Positions 55,906 to 64,000 of a stretch of 64,000 bases of DNA are shown here, piece after piece. Positions within the stretch are counted from its first letter, which is position 1, and each line of letters opens with the position of its first letter. A program made the translations under genes and the position numbers. Under the pieces are notes generated by a model. The model saw nothing but the letters and a program-made list of their open reading frames with translations. It made no database searches and was not told the DNA's origin. Origin of the DNA: an uncultured Lentisphaerota bacterium (GTDB lineage: Bacteria; Verrucomicrobiota; Kiritimatiellia; CAIQIC01); assembly GCA_903912445.1 (NCBI GenBank), contig CAIWHP010000218.1:36329-100328 (forward strand), in the 5' to 3' direction.

Positions 55906-56895
55906 ATGAGCAACGGAATCGGGATCATCAACGAGCAGGTGAAGGCGGAGAGCGCGTGGGTGGCGGCGCTGCGCGCGGAGATCGGCAAGGTCATCGTCGG
56001 GCAGAAATACCTGGTGGACCGCTTGCTGGTGGGCCTGCTGTCCAACGGCCACGTGCTGCTGGAGGGCGTGCCGGGCCTGGCCAAGACGCTGTCGGTCAAG
56101 ACGCTCGCCGCGGCCATCCACACCGGCTTCCAGCGCATCCAATTCACGCCCGACCTGCTGCCCGCCGACCTGCTCGGCACGCAGATCTACAGCCCCAAGG
56201 ACGGCACGTTCTCGACCAAGCGCGGGCCGATCTTCACCAACCTGCTGCTAGCCGACGAAATCAACCGCGCGCCGGCCAAGGTCCAGAGCGCGCTGCTGGA
56301 GGCGATGCAGGAGCGCCAGGTGACGCTCGGCGGCGAGACGCACAAGCTGCCCAGCCCGTTCCTCGTGCTCGCCACGGAGAACCCGATCGAGCAGGAAGGC
56401 ACCTACCCGCTGCCGGAGGCGCAGGTCGACCGCTTCATGCTCAAGCTGCGCATCACCTACCCGACGATCGAGGAAGAAAAACAGATCCTCGAGACGATGG
56501 CCGTCACCGAGCGGCAGTTCGCCGTGGCCCCCGTGGTCGAGCCGGACACGATCGCCCGCGCGCAGAAGGTCGTCAACGAGATCTACATGGACGACAAGAT
56601 CAAGGACTACATCCTGAGCATCGTCTTCGCCACGCGCGAGCCGGAGAAGTACAAGCTGGCGCTCAAGGACTACCTGCGCTACGGCGCCTCGCCGCGCGCG
56701 ACGATCTACCTCGCCGTGGCCGCGCGCGCCCAGGCGTTCCTGCAGGGGCGCGGCTACGTGACCCCGCAGGACGTCAAGACCATCGCGCCCGACGTGCTGC
56801 GCCACCGCATCATCGCCTCCTACGAGGCCGAGGCCGAGGAGCTGACCACCGACGACCTGATCGCGCGGATCCTAAGCGAATTACCCGTGCCGTGA
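55906..56895 (+). CDS. MoxR-family AAA+ ATPase
   Basis: ATG at 55906 (aa 18 of ORF 55855); Walker A LLEGVPGLAKT, Walker B FTNLLLADEINRAP; ~330 aa; first gene of Bat-type operon. Confidence 0.9.
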   Translation: MSNGIGIINEQVKAESAWVAALRAEIGKVIVGQKYLVDRLLVGLLSNGHVLLEGVPGLAKTLSVKTLAAAIHTGFQRIQFTPDLLPADLLGTQIYSPKDGTFSTKRGPIFTNLLLADEINRAPAKVQSALLEAMQERQVTLGGETHKLPSPFLVLATENPIEQEGTYPLPEAQVDRFMLKLRITYPTIEEEKQILETMAVTERQFAVAPVVEPDTIARAQKVVNEIYMDDKIKDYILSIVFATREPEKYKLALKDYLRYGASPRATIYLAVAARAQAFLQGRGYVTPQDVKTIAPDVLRHRIIASYEAEAEELTTDDLIARILSELPVP

Positions 56896-56920
56896 AAAGC
56901 TGACAAGGGCTGGAGCATTT

Positions 56921-57425
56921 CCGATTGAAGATTGCCGATTGCCGATTGCCGATTTGCGGTAGTGGAACTTAACGGAAGAAAAGCTGAAGCGTGCCGGGCG
57001 AGGTAGTGGATCATGACACCGGAAGAATTGAAAAAGCGCACGAAACAGTTCGCGCTGCGGGTGATCAAGCTGGTTACCGCGCTGCCCGACACGCCGTGGG
57101 GCCGGGTGGCGGGCCACCAGCTCCTGCGCGCGGGCACGGCGGTGGGAGCCAACTATCGAGCGGCCTGCCGCGCCCGGTCGCGCGCCGAGTTCGTCGCCAA
57201 GGTCGGCACCGTCATCGAGGAGTCTGACGAAAGCGCGTATTGGCTCGAACTCATTGTCGATAGCAAGCTGATGGATGCGAAACTGGTCACCGATCTCCAC
57301 CAAGAGGCGGAGGAACTCACGGCCATCATGACCTCCTCGCGTAAATCCGCGCAGAAAAATGCGCCCCCTTATGAATGAAAGGTTCCCTACCGCAAATCGG
57401 CAATCTTCAATCGGAAATCGAAAAT
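56921..57425. mobile_element. inverted-repeat-flanked cassette carrying a four-helix-bundle protein gene, inserted between moxR and the DUF58 gene
   Basis: Left repeat ccgattgaagattgccgattgccgattgccgatttgcgg (56921-56958); right repeat ccgcaaatcggcaatcttcaatcggaaatcgaaaa (57390-57425) is its imperfect reverse complement; cargo is the 4HB gene 57013..57378. Confidence 0.55.
57013..57378 (+). CDS. four-helix-bundle protein (23S rRNA intervening-sequence protein family, TIGR02436-like)
   Basis: 121 aa; MTPEELKKRTKQFALRVIKL...GHQLLRAGTAVGANYRAACRARSRAEFVAKVGTVIEESDESAYWLELI.... Confidence 0.85.
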   Translation: MTPEELKKRTKQFALRVIKLVTALPDTPWGRVAGHQLLRAGTAVGANYRAACRARSRAEFVAKVGTVIEESDESAYWLELIVDSKLMDAKLVTDLHQEAEELTAIMTSSRKSAQKNAPPYE

Positions 57426-57437
57426 AGCGTTTTTCCC

Positions 57438-58322
57438 ATGCTCGCCAAAGAGATCATCAAAAAAGTTCGCCAGATCGAGATCCGTACGCGGCATCTCGTG
57501 AACGACGTCTTTGCGGGCGAGTACCACAGCGTCTTCAAGGGCCGCGGCATGGAGTTCCAGGAGGTGCGCGAGTACGAGCCGGGCGACGACATCCGCGCGA
57601 TCGACTGGAACGTCACGGCGCGCATGGGCCACCCCTTCATCAAGAAGTTCAGCGAGGAGCGCGAGCTGACCGTGATGCTGCTGGTGGACATCAGCGGCTC
57701 GAACCAGTTCGGCTCCGGCACGCAGCTCAAGCAGGACCTCGCCGCCGAGCTCGCCGCCGTGCTCGCCTTCGCCGCCATCCGCAACAACGACCGCGTCGGC
57801 CTGATCCTCTTCAGCGACGAGGTGGAGCATTATCTCCCGCCCAAGAAGGGCAGCAGCCACGTCCTGCGCGTCGTGCGCGACGTGCTCGGCTTCCGCGCCA
57901 AGCGCCGCGGCACCGCCCTGGCGCCGGCGCTGGATTTCCTCAACCACACCACCGCGCGCAAGACGGTGACGTTCCTCATCAGCGATTTCATCACGCGGGA
58001 GGACCTGAAGGCCGCGCTGCGCGTCAGCGCCACGCGCCACGACCTCGTCGCCGTCGTCACGGCCGACCCGCGCGAGCGCGTCTGGCCAGCCGCCGGCCTG
58101 GTGGAATGGCGCGACCCGGAAACCGGCGCCGTCCAGGTGTGCGACACCTCGAGCCCGCGCGTGCGCCAGGCCCTGACGCGGCAGTTCGACCAGCAGCGCA
58201 CCGACCTCAAGCAGCGGCTGGCGCGCACCGGGCTGGACGTGGTCGAGGTCTGGGCCGGCGAGGCCTATGACCGCGAGCTGGTGCGCTTCTTCAAGGCGCG
58301 CGAACGGCGGCTGCGGACATGA
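57438..58322 (+). CDS. DUF58 domain protein (Bat-operon vWA-like)
   Basis: ATG at 57438 (aa 22 of ORF 57375); GEYHSVFKGRGMEFQEVREYEPGDDIRAIDWNVTAR is the DUF58 core; MLLVDISGSN vWA-like MIDAS region. Confidence 0.85.
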   Translation: MLAKEIIKKVRQIEIRTRHLVNDVFAGEYHSVFKGRGMEFQEVREYEPGDDIRAIDWNVTARMGHPFIKKFSEERELTVMLLVDISGSNQFGSGTQLKQDLAAELAAVLAFAAIRNNDRVGLILFSDEVEHYLPPKKGSSHVLRVVRDVLGFRAKRRGTALAPALDFLNHTTARKTVTFLISDFITREDLKAALRVSATRHDLVAVVTADPRERVWPAAGLVEWRDPETGAVQVCDTSSPRVRQALTRQFDQQRTDLKQRLARTGLDVVEVWAGEAYDRELVRFFKARERRLRT

Positions 58323-59296
58323 AGAACTGGCGCTCATACCTGATGCCGGTGCTGGGTTTGGTCATCGCCGCCGTCATCGGCTGCCACCGCAAGGCAACGC
58401 CAGCCCCGGCCGGCGACACGCTCACGGTCGCGCTCAGCACCAACACCATCCGCGTCGGCGACCTGATCCAGCTGCGGCTGACCTCGGTGCATGGGACCAA
58501 TTTGCATCTGAACCCGCCGGAGCTGGGGCAGGGCAAGGACGTCATCGTGCGCGCCCGCCACGATGCCAGCGTGCGGCTGCCCGGCGGCCGCGTCCGCGAG
58601 GTGCTCGACTATGCGATCACCTCGCTCGTCACCGGCCAGCACATCCTCGCCGCCAGCCCCGGCGTCATCTGGACGCGGCCCGACGGCACCACGACGCAAG
58701 TGCCCCTTCCGTTCGCCGCCTTCAAGGTGCAGAGCACGCTCACCACCACCAACGCCAGCTTGAGCCAGATGCGCGATCTGCACGACCTCGCGCGCTGGCC
58801 CGACCGGTTCCCGCGCTGGCTGCTCGCGCTGCTGATCGCCGCCGTCGTGGTCGGCCTCGCCGCCTGGCTGCTGCGCCTCTACCTGGCCCACGCCCGCGAC
58901 GTGGCCGCCCATGCGCCGCCGATCCCGCCGCACACCGCCGCGCTCGCCGCGCTGCAGGCCCTGCTGGCGCGCGGCCTGATCGAGCAGCACCAGACCGAGA
59001 CGTTCTATGTGGAACTTTCCGCCATCGCGCGGCGCTACCTCGAGGCGCGCTTCCAGCTGCACGCGCCCGAGCAAACCACCGAGGAGTTCTTGCGCGACGC
59101 CGCCTCCGCCGGCAAGCTCTCGCCCGCCCATCAACAGCTGGTGACGGATTTCCTGGAGCAGAGCGATCTCGTGAAGTTCGCGCGCTTCCAGCCTGGCCAG
59201 GCCGATATGCGCGCGGCCTATGCCGCCGCCGAGAAACTCGTGCGCGAAACGGTGCCGCTTGCGCCGGACAGCGCGTCTGACCGCTCTGCCCAATGA
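58319..59296 (+). CDS. hypothetical membrane-anchored protein of the Bat operon
   Basis: ATGA overlap with DUF58 stop; N-terminal TM/lipoprotein-like (LVIAAVIGC), mid TM (WLLALLIAAVVVGLAAWLL); consistent position for the Bat-operon DUF4381-type gene. Confidence 0.5.
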   Translation: MKNWRSYLMPVLGLVIAAVIGCHRKATPAPAGDTLTVALSTNTIRVGDLIQLRLTSVHGTNLHLNPPELGQGKDVIVRARHDASVRLPGGRVREVLDYAITSLVTGQHILAASPGVIWTRPDGTTTQVPLPFAAFKVQSTLTTTNASLSQMRDLHDLARWPDRFPRWLLALLIAAVVVGLAAWLLRLYLAHARDVAAHAPPIPPHTAALAALQALLARGLIEQHQTETFYVELSAIARRYLEARFQLHAPEQTTEEFLRDAASAGKLSPAHQQLVTDFLEQSDLVKFARFQPGQADMRAAYAAAEKLVRETVPLAPDSASDRSAQ

Positions 59297-59392
59297 CCCA
59301 TAATGAGTGTCCCATGACAACCAACCACTGACCAAAGACTAATGACGAGTGACTTTCAAAAGCAGGGTTAGGATTAAGATTACGATCAAGCA

Positions 59393-60346
59393 ATGACTTT
59401 CTGTTATCCATGGCTGTTGCTGGCGGCGCTGCTGATCCCGGCGGTGCTTTGGCTGCGGTTTGCGCACCGCCGGCCGACGCTGAACTTCAGCGACGGCGGG
59501 CGGCTCGCGCACCTGCCGCGGACTTGGGCCGTCCGGCTCCAGCCCGCCCTGCCGGTCCTGTACGCGCTCGGCCTGCTGTGCCTAGTCATCGCCCTCGCCC
59601 GCCCGCAAAAAGGCCTCGAAGAAAGCCGCGTCCGCACCGAGGCCGTGGACATCGTGCTGCTGGTGGACGTCTCGCCCTCGATGAACATCCCCGATTTCTC
59701 CACGCCCATGCGCACGATGAACCGGCTCGACGCCGCCAAGACGGTGCTCGACAAGTTCATCGCCAGCCGCACACACGACCGGCTCGGAATGATCGGCTTC
59801 TCCGCCTTCCCCTACACGCTCTGCCCGCTGACGCTCGACCACGGCTGGCTGCTGGAGCGCATGCGCAACCTGCGCCCCGGCATGCTGGGCGACGCCACCG
59901 GCATCGGCGACGCGATGGCTTCCGCCGTCAACCGCCTGCGCGACAGCAAGGCCAAGAGCAAGGTCGTCGTCCTGCTGACTGACGGTCAGAATAACTGCGG
60001 CCTGATGCAGCCCGACATCGCGGCGCAGGCGGCGAAGGCGCTCGGCATCAAGATCTACACCGTCGGCGCCAGCAGCCGCACCACCCGCGGCGCCGGCGAT
60101 GACGGCGTGGACGAGGCCGCGCTCAAGCGCATCGCCGAAACCACCGGCGCCGCCTACTTCCGCGCCGCCAACCTCGACCGGATGCAGCACGTCTACGAGC
60201 AGATCGACAAGATGGAAAAGACGGAGATCCAGGTGGACCACTTTACGCGCTTCCACGAACTGGCCACCCCGTGGCTGCTGGCCGCGCTGCTGCTGCTGGG
60301 CCTGGAACAAGCGCTCGCGCTGACGCGGCTGGGGAGGCTCCCATGA
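59393..60346 (+). CDS. batA: vWA domain-containing protein BatA
   Basis: Two N-terminal TM helices, vWA MIDAS motif VDIVLLVDVSPSM...TDGQNN, C-terminal TM. Confidence 0.8.
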   Translation: MTFCYPWLLLAALLIPAVLWLRFAHRRPTLNFSDGGRLAHLPRTWAVRLQPALPVLYALGLLCLVIALARPQKGLEESRVRTEAVDIVLLVDVSPSMNIPDFSTPMRTMNRLDAAKTVLDKFIASRTHDRLGMIGFSAFPYTLCPLTLDHGWLLERMRNLRPGMLGDATGIGDAMASAVNRLRDSKAKSKVVVLLTDGQNNCGLMQPDIAAQAAKALGIKIYTVGASSRTTRGAGDDGVDEAALKRIAETTGAAYFRAANLDRMQHVYEQIDKMEKTEIQVDHFTRFHELATPWLLAALLLLGLEQALALTRLGRLP

Positions 60347-60354
60347 GGAAATTG

Positions 60355-60576
60355 ACGATTGCAGATTGCCGATTGAAGATTTGTGGAAGGGCACACTTCC
60401 TTAGAATCAGAAAGGCAAGCTGCGCCCTTTCCCAGGCCTTGGGAAAAACAGCACTTTCGTTTGATAAGCTTTGGAACGAAGTGTGTGTGGACCTTTTTGA
60501 CACCGCCCATGGGTCATTCTTAGTCCGGTTCGCTACCGCCAATCGGCAATCGGCAATCTTCAATCGGAAATTCCGC
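60355..60576. mobile_element. second inverted-repeat-flanked insertion (same CCGATTG-rich terminal repeats) with ~150 bp non-coding cargo, between batA and batB
   Basis: Left gacgattgcagattgccgattgaagatttgtgg (60355-60387); right ccgccaatcggcaatcggcaatcttcaatcggaaattccgc (60536-60576), reverse-complement related; cargo contains one tttcccaggccttgggaaaaa palindrome (60428-60448) and no ORF. Confidence 0.5.
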
Positions 60577-60578
60577 TG

Positions 60579-61592
60579 ATGCAATTCGGTCATCCAGAGT
60601 GGTTGTACGCGCTGTGGGGCTTGCTCCCGCTGGCATGGCTCGGCTTCGCGCTGCTCGCGTGGCGCGAGCGGCGGCTGGGGCAGCTCGCCGCGCTGAAGCT
60701 GTGGGCCGTCCTCGCGCCGGAGCGCAGCCTGGCGCGCCGCCGCCTGCGCCTCGCCCTCTGGTTCGCCGCCGCCGCGCTGCTCATCGCCGCCCTGGCGCGC
60801 CCGCAGTGGGGCTTCCGCTGGGAGGACGTCAAGCGGCGCGGACTCGACATCCTCGTCGTGCTGGACACCTCGCGCAGCATGGCGTCGCAGGACATCAAGC
60901 CCAACCGCCTGCAGCGCGCAAAGTGGGGCGTGCGCGACCTCCTTGGCAAGCTGCAGGGCGACCGCGTCGGCCTGATCGCCTTCGCGGGCACGAGCTATGC
61001 GGCCTGCCCGCTGACGATCGACTATGCCGCCTTCGCGGCGATGCTCGACGATGTCTACGTGGGTTTCGTGCCGCGCGGCGGCACGGCCATCGCGCAGTCG
61101 CTGGACACCGCGATCCGCAGCTTCGAAAGCGGCGGCGAGGCCGACCGCGCCATCGTCCTGATCACCGACGGGGAAGACCACGAGGGCGATCCCCTCGCGC
61201 GCATCGCCGGGCTGAAGGCGAAGAACATCCGCGTCTACGCAGTCGGCGTCGGCACCCCGGATGGCGAACTGATCCCCGAAGAGGCCGGCGGCCACGCCGG
61301 CTTCCTCAAGGACCGCGCCGGCAACGTGGTCAAGTCCGCCTTGCGCGAGGACGTGTTGCGCCGGCTCGCGGTGGAGACCGGCGGCGCCTACGTCCGCGCG
61401 ACGCCCGGCGACTTCGGGCTGGAACGGATCTATGACCAGGGCATCGCCCAGCTCAAGCGCGACGAGCAGTCGGGGCGGCTCTCGCAGATCGCCGAGGAGC
61501 GCTATCCATGGTTCATCGGGGCGGCGCTCGTGCTGCTGCTCGCCGAGGCGCTCATCGGCCTGCGCCGGCGTAATCCGGAGGCAGCGCGATGA
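60579..61592 (+). CDS. batB: vWA domain-containing protein BatB
   Basis: N-terminal TMs, vWA MIDAS LDILVVLDTSRSM...ITDGEDHEGD, C-terminal TM; stop overlaps batC start. Confidence 0.8.
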   Translation: MQFGHPEWLYALWGLLPLAWLGFALLAWRERRLGQLAALKLWAVLAPERSLARRRLRLALWFAAAALLIAALARPQWGFRWEDVKRRGLDILVVLDTSRSMASQDIKPNRLQRAKWGVRDLLGKLQGDRVGLIAFAGTSYAACPLTIDYAAFAAMLDDVYVGFVPRGGTAIAQSLDTAIRSFESGGEADRAIVLITDGEDHEGDPLARIAGLKAKNIRVYAVGVGTPDGELIPEEAGGHAGFLKDRAGNVVKSALREDVLRRLAVETGGAYVRATPGDFGLERIYDQGIAQLKRDEQSGRLSQIAEERYPWFIGAALVLLLAEALIGLRRRNPEAAR

Positions 61593-62479
61593 GGAGCTTC
61601 CTCCGCATCTCCTGTAGCGGCGACCTGCGGTCGCCGTCGGCGGCCACAGGCCGCCGCTACAGTTGCGCGCTGCTGCTGGCGTTCGCGTGTCAGCTTTCCG
61701 CGCGCGCCGCGACCGATCCGCGTGCCGCGCTCGAGGCCGGCACAAAGGCCTACGGCGCCAAACAATTCGAAGCCGCCCGGCAGGCATTCGAGCAGGCGGC
61801 GACCAACGCCGCCGCCCACCAGCTCGATCCGGCGGTCGCCCGCTACAATGCGGCCGCGGCCGACTACCGCCTCGGGCAGCTGGATGCCGCGGCCGACCGG
61901 CTGGCCGAGGCGCTGCGCACCGGCGACCTGCAGCTCCAACAGAAGGCGTGGTTCAATCGTGGCGATGTCATGCTCGGGCGCATGGGCCAGCTGGAGCAGC
62001 AGGGCAAGCTGGAGGACGCGCAGAAGGCGGCCGCGGAAGCCGCGACCCAGTTCGAGCAGGCGATCCTGCTCGATCCGGCGGACGCCGATGCCAAGGTGAA
62101 CTACGAGCTCTGCCTCCAGCTGCAGCAGGAGCTGGAGAAGAAAAAACAGGAGCAGCAGCAAAAGCAGGACAAGGATAAGAAGGACCAGGACAAGCAGAAG
62201 CAGGACAAGGATAAAGACAAGGACAAGAAAGACCAGCAGGACCAGCAGAAGAAGCCGGAGGCCGGGCAGGACAAGGATAAAGACAAAGATCAACAGCAGT
62301 CCAAACCCGATGAAAAGCAGCAGCAACAGCAGGCAGCGCAAGCGGAGAAGAAGGATGGCGAGATGACCCCGGATGAGGCCAAGCAGCTCCTCAACGCCAT
62401 GCGGCAGGAGGAGCAGGCGAACCGCGAGAAAATGCGTTTGAACCTCGGCCAGCCGGAACCTGTCGAAAAGGATTGGTGA
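61589..62479 (+). CDS. batC: TPR-repeat protein BatC with Lys/Asp/Gln-rich low-complexity tail
   Basis: Signal peptide, TPR-like helices (AYGAKQFEAARQAFEQAA..., ...ARYNAAAADYRLGQLDAAADRLAEAL), then KKKQEQQQKQDKDKKDQDKQKQDKDKDKDKKDQQDQQKK charged tail. Confidence 0.75.
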   Translation: MRSFLRISCSGDLRSPSAATGRRYSCALLLAFACQLSARAATDPRAALEAGTKAYGAKQFEAARQAFEQAATNAAAHQLDPAVARYNAAAADYRLGQLDAAADRLAEALRTGDLQLQQKAWFNRGDVMLGRMGQLEQQGKLEDAQKAAAEAATQFEQAILLDPADADAKVNYELCLQLQQELEKKKQEQQQKQDKDKKDQDKQKQDKDKDKDKKDQQDQQKKPEAGQDKDKDKDQQQSKPDEKQQQQQAAQAEKKDGEMTPDEAKQLLNAMRQEEQANREKMRLNLGQPEPVEKDW

Positions 62480-62505
62480 TGCCGCTATACTCCGGCGGAC
62501 AATTT

Positions 62506-64000
62506 ATGCGGACACCCCTGCTAAGACCTTGGATGAAGATACTGGCCCTCGGCCTCGCGCTGATCGGTTGCGCTTCGGCCGTGCCGCTGTCGGTGGATTT
62601 TGATGTGCAGCCGCGCATCCTGCGCCTCGGCGAGGCGGCGCAGCTCACGGTCACGGTCCACGGCAACCGCAGCCCGCCCGCGCCACCGATTGCCAACCTG
62701 ATCGACTGCGATGTCGCCGGCCCCAATTTCAGTTCGATGTTCAACTTCATCAACGGCTCGTTGGACCAGTCGGGTTCCTTCGTCTATCAGCTCGTGCCGC
62801 GCCGCACCGGCTCTCACCGGATCGGCCCGTTCGACTACAAGGTCGGCGATCGCATGTTCAAGCTGCCCCAGATCGAGCTGAACGTCGCGGCACCCACGAC
62901 GGTGCCGGTCGCGACCGCCGCCGGCAGCGGCCCGACGCAGCAGGTGGCTATCGCCGACCTCGTCTTCGCACGCCTCGACGTGATGCCGACCAACATCGTG
63001 GTCAACCAGACCTTCGAACTCCGGCTCTCGATCCTCTTCCGCGACGTGCGGCTCGACAACAATTTCTCGCTCAACAATTGGGCGCCAGCCGGCCTGAACC
63101 TCTCGCCGTTCGGCGAGCTGCCCGCACAGCGAACCATGATCAAGGGGCAGGTCTATGAAGTGCGCCAGTTCCGCAGCCAGGCGCGGGCGCTGACCGCCGG
63201 CCATCAGCGGCTGGCGCCCACCGTGCGTGGGGCCATTATCATCGAGGGAGAACGTCGGCGACGTGGCGGACCCTTCGACGATCCCTTCTTCGATGGCATT
63301 TTCGGCCGGGGCGTGCAAACGCGGGCCATCGAGATCGCCACCCAACCGCTCGAGTTCAACGTGCAGGGCCTGCCGGAGGCGGGCCGGCCGGCGAATTTCG
63401 GCGGCGCGATCGGGCACTTCACGCTCGAGGCACAGGTCAAGCCCAACGACGGCGCCGTCGGCGACCCGGTCACACTCACCGCACGCATCGCCGGCAACGG
63501 CAACTTCGACTCCATCGCCCTCCCGATGCTGACCAACAGCGAGCAATTCAAGACCTATGAAGCGAAGATGACGAGCAAGGAGCTCGATGGCAGCCAGCTC
63601 AACGGCAGCAAGACGTTCGAGCAGATCATCATCCCGAAAAGCATGGAGGCCAACCGGATCCCGGCGATCGGCTTCAGCTTCTTCGACAGCGACAAAGGCC
63701 AGTACGTCACCCTGTCCGCCGGCCCGTTCGACCTGAAGTTGCATCCGGCCACCGCCGGCAGCGCGATGATCGCCGGCGGCGGCCCGGCGGCCAACTCGCC
63801 GACCGGCCGCGACATCGCCTACCTCAAGCCGGCGCCCGCCGAGTGGCATCCGCGCAGCGTGGCGGGCGCAGACGCCGGCCCGCTGTTCTGGCCGCTGCAG
63901 GCCCTGCCGCCGCTCGCCGTGCTGGCGGCGTTCATCCTCGCCCGGCGCCGCGATGCGCGCGCCGGCGATGTGCGCCTCGTGCGCCGTGAACAGGCCCCGC
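62506..64000 (+). CDS. batD: BatD-like protein, 3' partial (runs off window end)
   Basis: ATG at 62506 (or in-frame ATG 62533 giving signal peptide MKILALGLALIGCASA); open to the end of the window with one hydrophobic TM anchor near the end (LFWPLQALPPLAVLAAFILARRR); the track's antisense ORF 62521..63849 is rejected. Confidence 0.6.
   Translation, partial: MRTPLLRPWMKILALGLALIGCASAVPLSVDFDVQPRILRLGEAAQLTVTVHGNRSPPAPPIANLIDCDVAGPNFSSMFNFINGSLDQSGSFVYQLVPRRTGSHRIGPFDYKVGDRMFKLPQIELNVAAPTTVPVATAAGSGPTQQVAIADLVFARLDVMPTNIVVNQTFELRLSILFRDVRLDNNFSLNNWAPAGLNLSPFGELPAQRTMIKGQVYEVRQFRSQARALTAGHQRLAPTVRGAIIIEGERRRRGGPFDDPFFDGIFGRGVQTRAIEIATQPLEFNVQGLPEAGRPANFGGAIGHFTLEAQVKPNDGAVGDPVTLTARIAGNGNFDSIALPMLTNSEQFKTYEAKMTSKELDGSQLNGSKTFEQIIIPKSMEANRIPAIGFSFFDSDKGQYVTLSAGPFDLKLHPATAGSAMIAGGGPAANSPTGRDIAYLKPAPAEWHPRSVAGADAGPLFWPLQALPPLAVLAAFILARRRDARAGDVRLVRREQAP

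Noticed and set aside
62521-63849. 442-aa minus-strand ORF listed in the track over the batD region
   Set aside because: The plus strand is open from 62506 to the end of the window and encodes a protein with signal peptide, repeated beta-sandwich segments and a C-terminal TM anchor matching BatD at the expected operon position; the minus ORF is an antisense artefact.

Overview
High-GC (~65-70%) bacterial chromosomal window; the gene content suggests Verrucomicrobiota, possibly Opitutaceae (Bat operon, CbiR-like TIM-barrel gene next to cobU, DUF5989, few Shine-Dalgarno sites). This taxonomic call is an inference, not a database result.

Layout, left to right:
- 1-3.5 kb: tail of an upstream gene, then a secreted GH2 glycosidase.
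- 3.5-24.6 kb: an accessory glycan-assembly island (full gene list in the first finding).
- 24.8-31.7 kb: minus-strand sulfur-metabolism array (DUF4339 protein, MoeB/ThiF, cysK, CBS, RidA, metY, Rrf2 regulator, HydE/BioB-like radical SAM, YhcH). It faces a divergent B12-binding radical SAM gene and rimO.
- 34.7-39.5 kb: polysaccharide deacetylase, cobU, a CbiR-like TIM-barrel gene, and a fused nucleotidyltransferase/kinase.
- 39.6-43.6 kb: msrA and msrB (convergent), then the rpsP-KH-trmD-rplS-rnhB operon; rnhB carries an in-frame amber codon.
- 43.8-51.4 kb: plant cell-wall glycoside hydrolase cluster (DUF4038/GH140-like, ThuA, hemerythrin, beta-helix protein, GH78 rhamnosidase).
- 52.3-55.0 kb: NfeD, a membrane-anchored bactofilin-like protein, FloA.
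- 55.9->64 kb: Bat operon (MoxR, DUF58, batA-D).

Two repeat families are scattered through the window:
- a phased palindrome TTTCCAAG-N-CTTGGAAA at six loci, including one in-frame copy inside a CDS;
- CCGATTG-rich inverted repeats that flank a four-helix-bundle gene cassette and a short non-coding cassette inserted in the Bat operon.

Many long antisense ORFs in the six-frame track are GC artefacts and were not annotated. Start coordinates were derived by codon counting from track ORF boundaries.
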